A DNA stretch of 64,000 nucleotides, taken from contig JAPDFW010000005.1 in assembly GCA_028826165.1 (NCBI GenBank), forward strand, positions 1 to 64,000, given 5' to 3'. Made by a program: the position numbers and the translations under genes. Origin of the DNA: Anaeramoeba ignava BMAN (taxonomy: Eukaryota > Protista > Anaeramoebae). The notes beneath the pieces are model-generated. The model was given only the letters and a program-made list of their open reading frames with translations, was not told the origin of the DNA and ran no database searches. This document shows, piece by piece, positions 13,478 to 25,252 of the stretch; the stretch's first letter is position 1; each line of letters begins with the position of its first letter.

Positions 13478-15229
13478 ATGGAAAATGAAGTTTGGTTTTG
13501 GGGTGAAAAACCTCCTCAATCACTTTTTTCAGGGAAAAAAACAACAATTTCAATACCTGTCAAACTAACAAAAATTCCAAAAAACAAACAAATCAAACAA
13601 ATATCTTCAGGTGATCTTGGAACAGTTATTCTTTTCCAAAACGGAACAGCAATTGAATACTTATTTACTCAAAAAAAAGCAAAAACAATACAATTTCCAA
13701 ATATCAAAAAAATATCAAGTGGTTTTTCAATTTATGCAATTTTGACAGAAAATGGAGAAGTTTATTTTAAAGGACATTATTATAATCCAAGAAAAAAAAC
13801 AAATTTTTTTAAAATTCACCATTTAATTGATGATCCAAATGATAATTTAATTGTTGATGTTGTTTGTGGAACTGGAACAATTTATTTGTTCACTGAAAAA
13901 TCAACTGTTTATGGAATTGGAGACAATAACTTTGGTCAACTGGGTTTAGAATCTTCAAATTGCTCAGAGAAACCAGTTTTAATGATGAAAAATGTTGATA
14001 AAATTTTTTGCTCAAATTACACAAGTTCACTTTTTCTTTTAAATTCAAATCAAGAATTATTTGCCTGTGGTGATAATTATCATGGAAAACTCGGATTAGG
14101 CAAAATTCAACCAACACATAAAGATGATTCTTGTAATCAAATTTATAAATTAACCCAAATACAAAATATTCCAAAAGGTAAAATAACTAATGTTCAAATG
14201 GGTTATTATCATTCAATAATGTTGATTGAAATTGAAGAAGAAAATCAAAATCAAAATCAAAAACTTTATTCATGTGGAGAATATGAAACTAATGGACTTT
14301 CCAAAAAAGAAGATACTTTTGAATTTACTGAAATCAAATCATCTTTATTTGAAAACGATTATATTCTTGAAATTTTTTGTAGTTGTTCAGACACTTTGAT
14401 TTTAACTGAAAAAGGCAAACTTATTGGATTTGGTAGCCAATTCAATTCTGGTTTTTATTCTAGATATAATCCAAATAATTTATGTTTTCCAATTGAATTC
14501 GAAGTTCCTCAATTAACATATGATATTTCTAATTATCATATTATTGCTGGTTCTTTTAATTTTTTCTTATATTATGTTACTCCTTCAAGATTAGAAGAAG
14601 ATTTGATAAAATTATTTAGAAGAAAAGAATTTTGTGATATTTCATTTAAAACCAAAAATGGAGAAATAATTGAAGCTCATAAATTAATATTGAAATATAG
14701 ATTAAATCAAAATCAAAATGAAATTGAAAAACTTAAAGAAATTATTTCAAAAAAATCAATTAAAGAATCAAATCAAATATTTGAAATGATTTATTCAAAT
14801 AATTCCAAAATAAATCCAAAATTATATTCAGAAATTAAAGAAATTATAAATTCAAATGAAAAAATTGAAGAAGCAATGAAAAGAATTTATTTAAATGAAA
14901 ATGAAAAAGATTTTATAATTGAAAGAAAAGAAAAACAATATAAATTTCCAAAATTAATATTAATAATGAGAAGTGAATTATATCGAGGAATGTTTTTATC
15001 TGTAACAGAAGATAAATCAAATAAAGTTACAGATTATAGTGAATTAAGTGAAGAATCATTTAAAATATTTGAATATTGGATTTATTCAAATCAAATTCTT
15101 CCACAAAAGAAGAAAAGTAAATTCAAGAAAAATATCAAAGAATTGGAAAAAGCAATGGATTATTTTCAATTAAATCAAACAAATCCAAATTTAGTTTCAA
15201 TGGCAAAAAATTATTTGGAAAAGAAATAA
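13478..15229 (+). CDS. RCC1-repeat (beta-propeller) + tandem BTB protein
   Basis: RCC1 motifs VYGIGDNNFGQLG, LFACGDNYHGKLGLG and GYYHS. The C-terminus has FCDISF..AHKLILKYRL and KDFII..KLILIMRSELYRGMF, homologous to the BTB tail of the ankyrin genes. Intronless 583-aa ORF. Confidence 0.9.
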   Translation: MENEVWFWGEKPPQSLFSGKKTTISIPVKLTKIPKNKQIKQISSGDLGTVILFQNGTAIEYLFTQKKAKTIQFPNIKKISSGFSIYAILTENGEVYFKGHYYNPRKKTNFFKIHHLIDDPNDNLIVDVVCGTGTIYLFTEKSTVYGIGDNNFGQLGLESSNCSEKPVLMMKNVDKIFCSNYTSSLFLLNSNQELFACGDNYHGKLGLGKIQPTHKDDSCNQIYKLTQIQNIPKGKITNVQMGYYHSIMLIEIEEENQNQNQKLYSCGEYETNGLSKKEDTFEFTEIKSSLFENDYILEIFCSCSDTLILTEKGKLIGFGSQFNSGFYSRYNPNNLCFPIEFEVPQLTYDISNYHIIAGSFNFFLYYVTPSRLEEDLIKLFRRKEFCDISFKTKNGEIIEAHKLILKYRLNQNQNEIEKLKEIISKKSIKESNQIFEMIYSNNSKINPKLYSEIKEIINSNEKIEEAMKRIYLNENEKDFIIERKEKQYKFPKLILIMRSELYRGMFLSVTEDKSNKVTDYSELSEESFKIFEYWIYSNQILPQKKKSKFKKNIKELEKAMDYFQLNQTNPNLVSMAKNYLEKK

Positions 15230-15275
15230 AAAAAGAAAAGAAAAGAATTGATTTATTTTTTATTTTTATATCTTT

Positions 15276-18200
15276 TTAAGAAAGATGAAAAGATCCTTGA
15301 CCTTCATAAATTGCAGTGAAAAATTTTTCAACCAAAATCTTTTTTGATGAATAACGAGGAATTTTCAAATAGTTTGCGCAAGTCATCACAGTTGGAAGAA
15401 AAGAGTCAGGATGATAAGGAGAAACGACTCTTTCAACAACAACTAATTGAGGAGATAATTTTGCAATTCCTCCAACAGGAAGACCCGAACTTCCTGTTAC
15501 AAATTGTATGAATTTTCTCTGATCCTTTGGTGATAATTCCACAAGAAATTCAAGAAAAAATGAGACAACTTCACTTTCAATTGTGTATCCATGTTCGCAT
15601 TTAATACTTTGTTTTAAACTTTCTATTGTCCAAGTTTCCAAACATCCATTTAATATCAAATCAAATTCTTCATAAGTGAAAATTTTTAGTGATTCAATAG
15701 GTAAAATTTCATTAAAACCTGCAATAAAACATTCAACTTGTTTTTGTATTCCTTTTTTCAGTTTAAAATCCAAAACTAAATTTAAATATTCCTCCAAATT
15801 TTCCAAATTGACTTGAATATTTTTTCCATTTGGTTTCAATTCCATTTCATCATTTCCTGGAAGAATAAACCAAAGATACAAATCCTCAATTTTTGCTCCT
15901 TTGTATTTCAAAGATTTGTCTTTGGTTCGTTGATATTCCTTGCAAATATTTGAAAAATCAATCAAAGTGTGTGTGAGTTCTGGTTCTAATTTTTCCAGAT
16001 CCGTTAATGTTAAAGGATATCCAAGAATAGCTTGAAAAAAAGGATGAGAAATTGGAAATTCAAGTAATCGATCATCTATAATAGCCTTTGCAACAAATTT
16101 TCCCATAAATTCAAACATTTTGAATATATTTTGATTTGGGGTGTTTTTGTTTAATGGTTTTGGAAACAATCCATTTGGGGAATGAACATAAGCTTCATCT
16201 ATTGATTTTAAATTTTCTATAATTTTGATTTCATCTATTGATTTTAAATTTTCTATAATTTTGATTTCATCTATTGATTTTAAATTCTCTTTAATTTTGA
16301 TTTCATCTATTGATTTTAAATTTTCTATAATTTTGATTTCATCTTTTGATTTTAAATTTTCTTTAATTTTAATTTCATTTTTTGATTTTAAATTCTCTTT
16401 AATTTTAATTTCATTTTTTGATTTTAAATTTTCTTTTGTTTTTGGAAGTGAATAATCACACCATAAATTTAATGATGATTTTCTTAATTCACGTGAAACC
16501 AAATAAAAAAACTCTTGAGAAGGTCCTGTTCCTACTCCAACTTCTCCAAAATACTGAATCTCTAATATTGATTTTCCATGTAAAAATTCATATGAATCCA
16601 TGATATTCATTGCATCCTTAAGAATTTGAGTTCGTAAAACTTCCTTTTGTTGTCTTGGAATTCTTGGCAATTCAAAATTTCTGAAGTGCTCAACATGATG
16701 TTCTGATTCTGCTTGGAAATTATGAAAGCTTCTTAATGGATCCAAATAAATTAATTTGAAAAAATTAAATCTTGTTTCGAATGAGAATAGAAAAATATAT
16801 CCTAATTTGATAAGTGTTTCACACCAATCAGGAATTGTTCGTGTAAGTATTACAAATGGATCTTCCAAAAACATTTTGATTTTCGCATTTAGTCTTGGAG
16901 ATATAAACAAGTTAGGATTTAAAGTTTTGAATTGCGGTGTTTTTTTGGTTTCCTGAATAATTTCTTGATTTTCATTTTTATTTTCATTTTTATTTTCATT
17001 TTGATTTTCTTGGAAATATTCATTAATACTATAAAGAATCTGCATCAAATTTAATATACTAACCATATTTTTTCTTTTCGAAAATCCATTTTTAGGATCA
17101 TCAAGTTTGATTTGGTTTTCTGAAGATAATTTGAATGAAAGAATTGATTTTTCAATTCCAATTTCAATTTTTGATTTTTCTTTTTGATTTGAAGAAATTG
17201 GATTTTTGGGTTGATTTGAGTTTTTTTTCAGATTTAGAATTTCGAATCCCATAAAAGAATCTGAATATTCTTCAAATTCAATTTTCATATTGTTTGAATC
17301 AATTTCCATATTATTTGAATCAATTTTCATATCATTTGAATCAATTTTCATATCATTTGAATCAACAAATCTTTCATAATAAATAACATGCTTTGTATTC
17401 CAAATTGTAGTTACTGTTTGTGGTTGATTTTTTTCTTTGCTAATAGAAAAAATTTGTTCAATTAAGCTTTTGCTTGTATCGAATGTTTTCCCCAAATAAA
17501 TTAAACGAAGTGGATGTAATTTTGAATGAAGAGATGGTTCATGTTGTTTTTTTTCCTTTTTTTCCACTTTGGATTTTTCATATTTAATTTTGGAAAGATG
17601 TCTTTTAATTTTTTGTTTGGGATTTTTTGATTCTTGATTTGGTTTATTGCCAAATAAATCAGTTTTAGAATTAGTCACAACTCTCATGCTTCTTTTTTGA
17701 GATAATTTTGTTGAAATTTGTTTTGTTTGTGAATTGCGAATATTTCTTGCAGATTTAAAAATGGATTTTGTATTTTGATTTGTATTTTGATTTGATTTTG
17801 GCAGATTAAAAAATGGATCATCTGGAATCTGAACTTGATCGAAAATCATTTTTTCAATTTCTTTGGTTGTTATTAAACAATTCACAAAACTTTCCTCAAT
17901 TGGAAAATCAAGAAGAGTAAGATCTTCAGTTTTTTTTTGGAATTTGAGCTTCAAATTTTTTGAAATTATATCAATAGTACTTGTTGGATAAATTTTAACA
18001 AGAAGTGTATCGAATCTTGAGAGTAATTGATGCAATTTCTGAACAAGAATTTCAACAGGAGTAACAACTTTATTTTGAGATTTATCCACAATTAAATTTT
18101 CAAATAGAAATTGTGTGAATTTGGATATTTTTGTTTGTAAATGGTCAAAAGATAGAGATATATTATCCATTTTGGTTTCGAAAATGTTAATATTTGAATT

Positions 18201-21200
18201 TACTTTCCCTGTTTTGTCTGAAAATATTGATAAATATTTCACCAATGTTGAAATCAATTGTGTTTTTTGAATATGATATGAAGTTAAAGGAATTTTTTCA
18301 TCCATAAATAGCTGAGAAATTTGAGACAACGCCTGCATTTCCAATTTTGGATCCAAAATTTCTTCAATAGATTTTTTGATATTGCTGACAATTTGAGAAA
18401 CTTCTGGATTTTGTTCAATTTTCTTTTTGGCTATTTTATTGATAAATATTTTGGCTTGGTTAATTGCCCATTCATAATTTGCAATATAATTATTCTGTTT
18501 TTTGGTTTTGATTTTGATTTTGATTTTGATTTATTTTTAAAGTTTTCTGTTGTTTTTGTTCCAAGTTTAAAATTTGCTCTTTTGAATTGATTTCTGAAAT
18601 TTTTTGAATTCTAAAAAAAATTCCTTCTCTAATAAAAATCTCTTCAAAAATTTGGGGTAGTTTTTCATATAATAAAGTTGCTATTTTAACAGAATATCCA
18701 ATTCTTAAAGGGATCTAATTTTGTCCAAATTAGAATTGAAATCATTAATGAGGTTTCCTTCAGATTATTTGAGAGAATATTCAGTAAATCATCTGCTTTC
18801 ATAAAATGAATCATTTTAAGGATTATTAAGAGACACTTTAGTTTTGTTGGAGTAATAATAATTTCATTTTGGATTCGGATTAAATTTGGAAGGATTGCTT
18901 GTGCAATTAAAGAAACTAAATATCGATGACTTTTCCATATCGATTCATGTTTTTTGAAGTCGATTGAGCGATATGAATGCAGATGAGTATATCCAATAAA
19001 TTGACTGAATTTATGTGAATAACTTGAATCTATTATTGAAATGGGGAAAGTATTTTCTTCAAATGCTGGCAAAAGAATATCACAAAGTGAAAGTATATGA
19101 TCAATTTGCATATTTGATATTTTTTTCCAAATATTTTCGCCTTCAATTTGAAAATTCCCATCTTTTTTGTTTTTAATTTGTTATTTTTTTTTCCAAGTTA
19201 ATTTTGCATTTTATTCTGCTAATATTTTTTTAATATTTACATTTAGAAGAAAATAAATATTGCAAAAATTTAATCACTCCATTTTCATAAAGGAATAATA
19301 TTGTATTAGTATCTATATAACATAAATCAATAAGTAATCTAATAATAGAAGAGAAAGTGGATTTTGAAATTCTTGGTCCTTTTACAACATGTTTTATTAA
19401 AAGACTCACTAATTGCAAGATTAAATTTTCATGAATTAAACTTGATATTTTATTTTTATCATTAATAAATTGATTAAATATTCTAAATAATGAAAGGCAT
19501 GCAAGATTCACAACTAAAAAAAAAGATTTATTAATAAGTTTCTTTTTTTTCAGAAATGAAATCATTTTTTTTTAATTTACCTTTTGGATTTTCACATTGA
19601 AATTGTTGAACCAATAAAGGAATTGAAGTTGGAATTAAAGAAAAATCATTTTGAGGGATTGCTCTTGTCATATTTGCTGCAGCTGCTAATGCTTTTTGTC
19701 TTCCAAAAATTGAGAAAAAATCTGCATAATTTAAAACAGCGTTTAAACCACCTTGTTTTAATACTTGTTTATTTTGGTCATGAGTTAATATTTCTATTAT
19801 CTATAAAATATTAATATTTAATTTTATATTTTTATATTTAATTTTATAATTAATTTTATAAATAATTTTATAAATAATTTAATAAATAATTTTATATATA
19901 ATTTTATAATTAATTTTGTAAATAATTTTATATATAATTTTATATTTAATTTTATATTTAATTTTATAATTAATTTTATATTTTTATAATTAATTTTATA
20001 AATAATTTTATAAATAATTTTATAAATAATTTTATAAATAATTTTATAATTAATTTTATAATTAATTTTATATTTAATTTTATAAATAATTTTATATTTA
20101 ATTTTATATATAATTTTATAAATAATTTTATAAATAATTTTATAAATAATTTTATAAATAATTTTATAAATAATTTTATAAATAATTTTATAAATAATTT
20201 TATAAATAATTTTATAATTAATTTTATAAATAATTTTATAAATAATTTTATAATTAATTTTATAATTAATTTTATAAATAATTTTATAAATAATTTTATA
20301 TTTAATTTTATAAATAATTTTATAATTAATTTTTATAAATAATTTTATAAATAATTTTATTAATAATTTTATAAATAATTTTATAAATAATTTTTATAAA
20401 TAATTTTATTAATAATTTTATATTTAATTTTATAAATAATTTTATAAATAATTTTATAAATAATTTTATAAATAATTTTATTAATAATTTTATATTTAAT
20501 TTAATAAATAATTTTATAAATAATTTTATAAATAATTTTATAAATAATTTTATTAATAATTTTATATTTAATTTTATAAATAATTTTATAAATAATTTTA
20601 TAAATAATTTAATAAATAATTTTATAAATAATTTTATAAATAATTTTATAAATAATTTTATAAATAATTTTATAAATAATTTTATAAATAATTTTATAAA
20701 TAATTTTATAAATAATTTATATTTAATTTTATATTTAATCTTATATTTAATCTTATAAATAATTTTATATTTAATTTTTATATTTAATTTTATATTTAAT
20801 TTTATAATTAATTTTATAAATAATTTTATAAATAATTTTATATTTAATTTTATAAATAATTTTATAAATAATTTTATAAATAATTTTATTAATAATTTTA
20901 TAAATAATTTTATAAATAATTTTATAAATAATTTTATATTTAATTTTATTTAATTTTATAAATAATTTTATAAATAAATTTATAAATAATTTTATATATA
21001 ATTTTATAAATAATTTTATATATAATTTTATAATTAATTTTATATATAATTTTATAAATAATTATATATTTAATTTTTATAAAATAATTATATATTTAAT
21101 TTTATATTTAATTTTATAATTAATTTTATAATTAATTTTATAAATAATTTTGTAAATAATTTTATATTTAATTTTATATTTAATTTTATAAATAATTTTA

Positions 21201-21930
21201 TATATAATTTTATAAATAATTTTATAAATAATTTTATATTTAAATTTATATTTAATTTTATAAATAATTTTATAAATAATTTTTATATATAATTTTATAA
21301 ATAATTTTATAAATAATTTTATATTTAAATTTATATTTAATTTTATATTTAATTTTATAATTAATTTTATAAATAATTTTATAAATAATTTTATAAATAA
21401 TTTTATATTTAATTTTATAAATAATTTTATATATAATTTTATAAATAATTTAATATTTAATTTTATAAATAATTTTATATTTAATTTTATAAATAATTTT
21501 ATAAATAATTATATATTCTCTTTTTTTTTACATCAATAAACATTTCTTGATTTTCTATATTATTTGGTGATGATAATTTTGAAACTAAAATTGGAGTAAT
21601 ATATTGAGCAATTAAATAAGAAGAATTTTGAAGACTTTCTAATAAATTTAAAATTGTTTGACAAGCTAAAGCTAAATTTAAAACAAAATTAAAATTAAAA
21701 TTAAAATAAACAATTATTTATTTATTTTTTGTTTTTTATTTTTTGTTTTTACAACTTGTATTTGGTTCATTTTGAATATTTATTAACTTAGATAATTCAT
21801 TTATAATTTCTTGTAAAATTGTTTCATTAATTAAATTTGGAGAAAGAAGAATTTGATTGTTAATTTCTTCTAAAGCATTAAATCTTTGATTTTTATCATT
21901 ATTTTTTAATTTTTGTAATAGATTTTCCAT
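15276..21930 (-). CDS. TRIP12: ARM-repeat HECT E3 ubiquitin ligase, TRIP12/Ufd4/UPL3-like (multi-exon)
   Basis: C-terminal HECT motifs LEIQYFGEVGVGTGPSQEFF, FVTGSSGLPVGG, LPTVMTCANYLKIP and EGQGSFHLS. An upstream exon reads GGLNAVLNYADFFSIFGRQKALAAAAN. Introns include 21672-21752 and 19801-21531. Confidence 0.9.
16200..16435 (-). repeat. Coding 36-bp tandem repeat (ENLKS[KI][ND]EIKI[KI]) about 6.5 copies inside the HECT N-lobe
   Basis: Visible in the translation between LWCDY and AYVHSPNGLFP. Confidence 0.9.
19810..21515. repeat. Intronic 12-bp minisatellite (AATTTTATAAAT)n
   Basis: About 1.7 kb almost purely A/T, filling the HECT gene intron 19801-21531. Confidence 0.95.
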
Positions 21931-22028
21931 TTAAAAAAAAGAAAAAATAATAAAATAAAAAGGAAAAAATGAGAAAAATTTATTTTCATTTTTTTTTTAA
22001 TTCTCTTTTTTTTAATTTAAAATAAAAA

Positions 22029-25000
22029 ATGAAAAAATTTAAAGTTAAAAAATTTATTCAAAATTTACAAAGAAATAAAAATATAGAAAATTTACCAAAT
22101 AGAAATGAATTATTTATTCAAAATAATCTTAGAAAACTTATAAATCAAGGAAAAACAAAAGAATTAAAATCTTTTATTGAAGAAAATGAAATTTTACCAA
22201 ATCAAATTATAGATTCAAATGGAAATACTTTAATTCATTTTGCAAGTAAAATTGGAAATATTAAAATTATTCGTATTTTAGTTTCCAAAGGATTTGTTTA
22301 TCAATCTAAAAATTTTGATCAAGAAACACCTTTACAAATTGCATGTTCTCATGATTATGTCTCTATTGTTAAATATTTAATTGAACAAAAAGCTGATTAT
22401 GAAGGGGTTAAAATCAATTTTTAAATCAATTTCTAAATCAATTTTTAAATCAATTTTAAATTAATTTTTAAATCAATTTTTAAATCAATTTTTAAATCAA
22501 TTTTTAAATCAATTTTTAAATCAATTTTTAAATCAATTTTTAAATCAATTTCTAAATCAATTTCTAAATCAATTTTTAAATCAATTTTTAAATCAATTTT
22601 TAAATCAATTTTTAAATCAATTTTTAAATCAATTTTTAAATCAATTTTTAAATCAATTTTTAAATCAATTTTTAAATCAATTTTTAAATCAATTTTTAAA
22701 TCAATTTTTAAATCAATTTTTAAATCAATTTTTAAATCAATTTTTAAATCAATTTTTAAATCAATTTTTAAATCAATTTCTAAATCAATTTTAAATCAAT
22801 TTTTAAATCAATTTTTAAATCAATTTTTAAATCAATTTCTAAATCAATTTTTAAATCAATTTTTAAATCAATTTTTAAATCAATTTTTAAATCAATTTTT
22901 AAATCAATTTATAAATCAATTTCTAAATCAATTTTTAAATCAATTTTTAAATCAATTTTTAAATCAATTTTTAAATCAATTTTTAAATCAATTTTTAAAT
23001 CAATTTTTAAATCAATTTTTAAATCAATTTTTAAATCAATTTTTAAATCAATTTTTAAATCAATTTTTAAATCAATTTTTAAATCAATTTTAAATCAATT
23101 TTTAAATCAATTTTTAAATCAATTTTTAAATCAATTTTTAAATCAATTTTTAAATCAATTTTTAAATCAATTTTTAAATCAATTTCTAAATCAATTTCTA
23201 AATCAATTTTTAAATTAATTTTTAAATCAATTTTTAAATCAATTTTTAAATCAATTTTTAAATCAATTTTTAAATCAATTTCTAAATCAATTTTTAAATC
23301 AATTTTTAAATCAATTTTTAAATCAATTTTTAAATCAATTTTAAATCAATTTTAAATCAATTTTTAAATCAATTTTTAAATCAATTTTTAAATCAATCAA
23401 TTTTTAAATCAATTTTTAAATCAATTTTTAAATCAATTTTTAAATCAATTTCTAAATCAATTTTTAAATCAATTTTAAATCAATTTTTAAATCAATTTTT
23501 AAATCAATTTTTAAATCAATTTTTAAATCAATTTTTAAATCAATTTTTAAATCAATTTATAAATCAATTTTTAAATCAATTTTTAAATCAATTTCTAAAT
23601 CAATTTTTAAATCAATTTTTAAATAAATTTCTAAATCAATTTATAAATCAATTTTTAAATCAATTTACAAATTTTTTTAGTTTAATGATAAAGAAATGGC
23701 TCTTATACATATTGCAGCAGAAAAAAATTCATTATTAGTTTTAAAATATTTAATTGAAATTTTAGGAATATCAATTGAAGAACCAGATGGAAAAAAACAC
23801 ACACCACTTCATTGGGGTTGTTATAGTGGTTCATTAGAAGTAGTAAAATTTTTAGTAGAAAAAGGAGCAAATATTTCAGCTCAAGATGATGAAAATTTTT
23901 CTCCTTTACATTGGGCTTCTTATCGAGGTCACTCTTTAATTATTGAATACTTAATTCGTAAAGGAGCTGATTTGCAACTAAAAGATATTCAAAATAATAC
24001 CCCTTTTCAATTGGCTATTTATTCACATCAAAATGATATTGCTAATCTAATTCTAAAACTCAAATCATTTAGAAATTCCAAAAATTTTCAAAGTGCAAAT
24101 TTTACAACTTGGAAAAGAATTTTTTTCCTCATTCCTTTTTTTTCTGTTTTGTTGGCAAATTTGGTTTTTACTTATTTTCCTTTTCTTGCTTCTTCTTTGT
24201 TCATTTCAATATTATTGGTTTTTTCTTACTTTTATAATCAATATTGGTCTTATTTTGGTTCTTTTAATCTTCCCATAATCCTCGTTTTTTTGGATTTACA
24301 ATCGGTGTTTTCTTTCTACTTTTTGTTACTTATTTTGGATATTTTATTTTTGTTGATTTCTTTATTTCTATTTTGGGCAATTTTGTCTTTATTTTTTTAT
24401 TATTTTTAACAATTTATTTTTTATTTAAATTTTTGAAAGAAAATGCAGGATTTATTCATATTGAAAAAGAATTATTTTCAGTAAGTTTATTATGATTAAA
24501 ATATATTTTTTTGCTTATTCAAATATTTTTTTTGCTTATTCAAATATTTTTTAATATTTTAGAATGTTCTAAATAAATCAGACCAAATTTCTTCAAATAA
24601 TTATTGCATTTATTGTCAACAATTTAAACCTTTAAGATCATTTCATGATCAATTTTCAAATCGTTGTATTTCTAGATATCATGGATTCTCTTCTTTATTT
24701 TATTATCCAATAGGATTCAATAATCAAATTATTCATTTTCTTCTTTTATTTTTCAGTTCAATTACTTTTTTCTACTTTGATTTTTTGATATTTAAATTTT
24801 TTTCAATTCAAAAACAAACTTTTGGAAATCAATTAAAAATTCCTGATTTTCCTTTTGCAATGAAATTGGCAATATTTGGATATAAATATCATTCTTGGCT
24901 TTTTGGAACTTTTATTTTTACTTTTTTTCTTGCTTGTTTATGTTCTTATTTTCTTATCCAAATTTTACTTCTTGCTTCTGAAAATTTTACTCTTTATGAA

Positions 25001-25153
25001 AAAAGAAATTTCAAAAAAATTCCTTATTTTTTTATTCATCAAATTCTTTATAATCCTTTTTCTCATGGATTTATAGTTAATATTTTAGAGTTTTTCAAAT
25101 TTAAAAAATATTTTGTTGATTGGAACAAAATTTCTGGATTAAATTTAAAATAA
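22029..25153 (+). CDS. Akr1/ZDHHC13/17-like ankyrin-repeat palmitoyltransferase homolog with a degenerate DHHC motif
   Basis: Ankyrin repeats, transmembrane segments, ENAGFI (DPG-like), CIYCQQFKPLRSFH..RCISRYHGFS, NFTLYE (TTxE-like) and NPFSHGFIVNILEFF. Introns 22407-23680 and 24481-24562. Probable frameshift around 24290-24420. Confidence 0.8.
22410..23670. repeat. Intronic 12-bp minisatellite (AAATCAATTTTT)n, about 100 copies
   Basis: Highly homogeneous array running from the GT donor to the AG acceptor. Confidence 0.97.
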
Positions 25154-25252
25154 AAATTTTTTTTCAATTTTTTTTTTATTTTCATTTTTTTCCTTTTATT
25201 TATTTTTTAAAAAGAAAATAACAACAAAATTACCATTTTTTTTATCTTTCAA

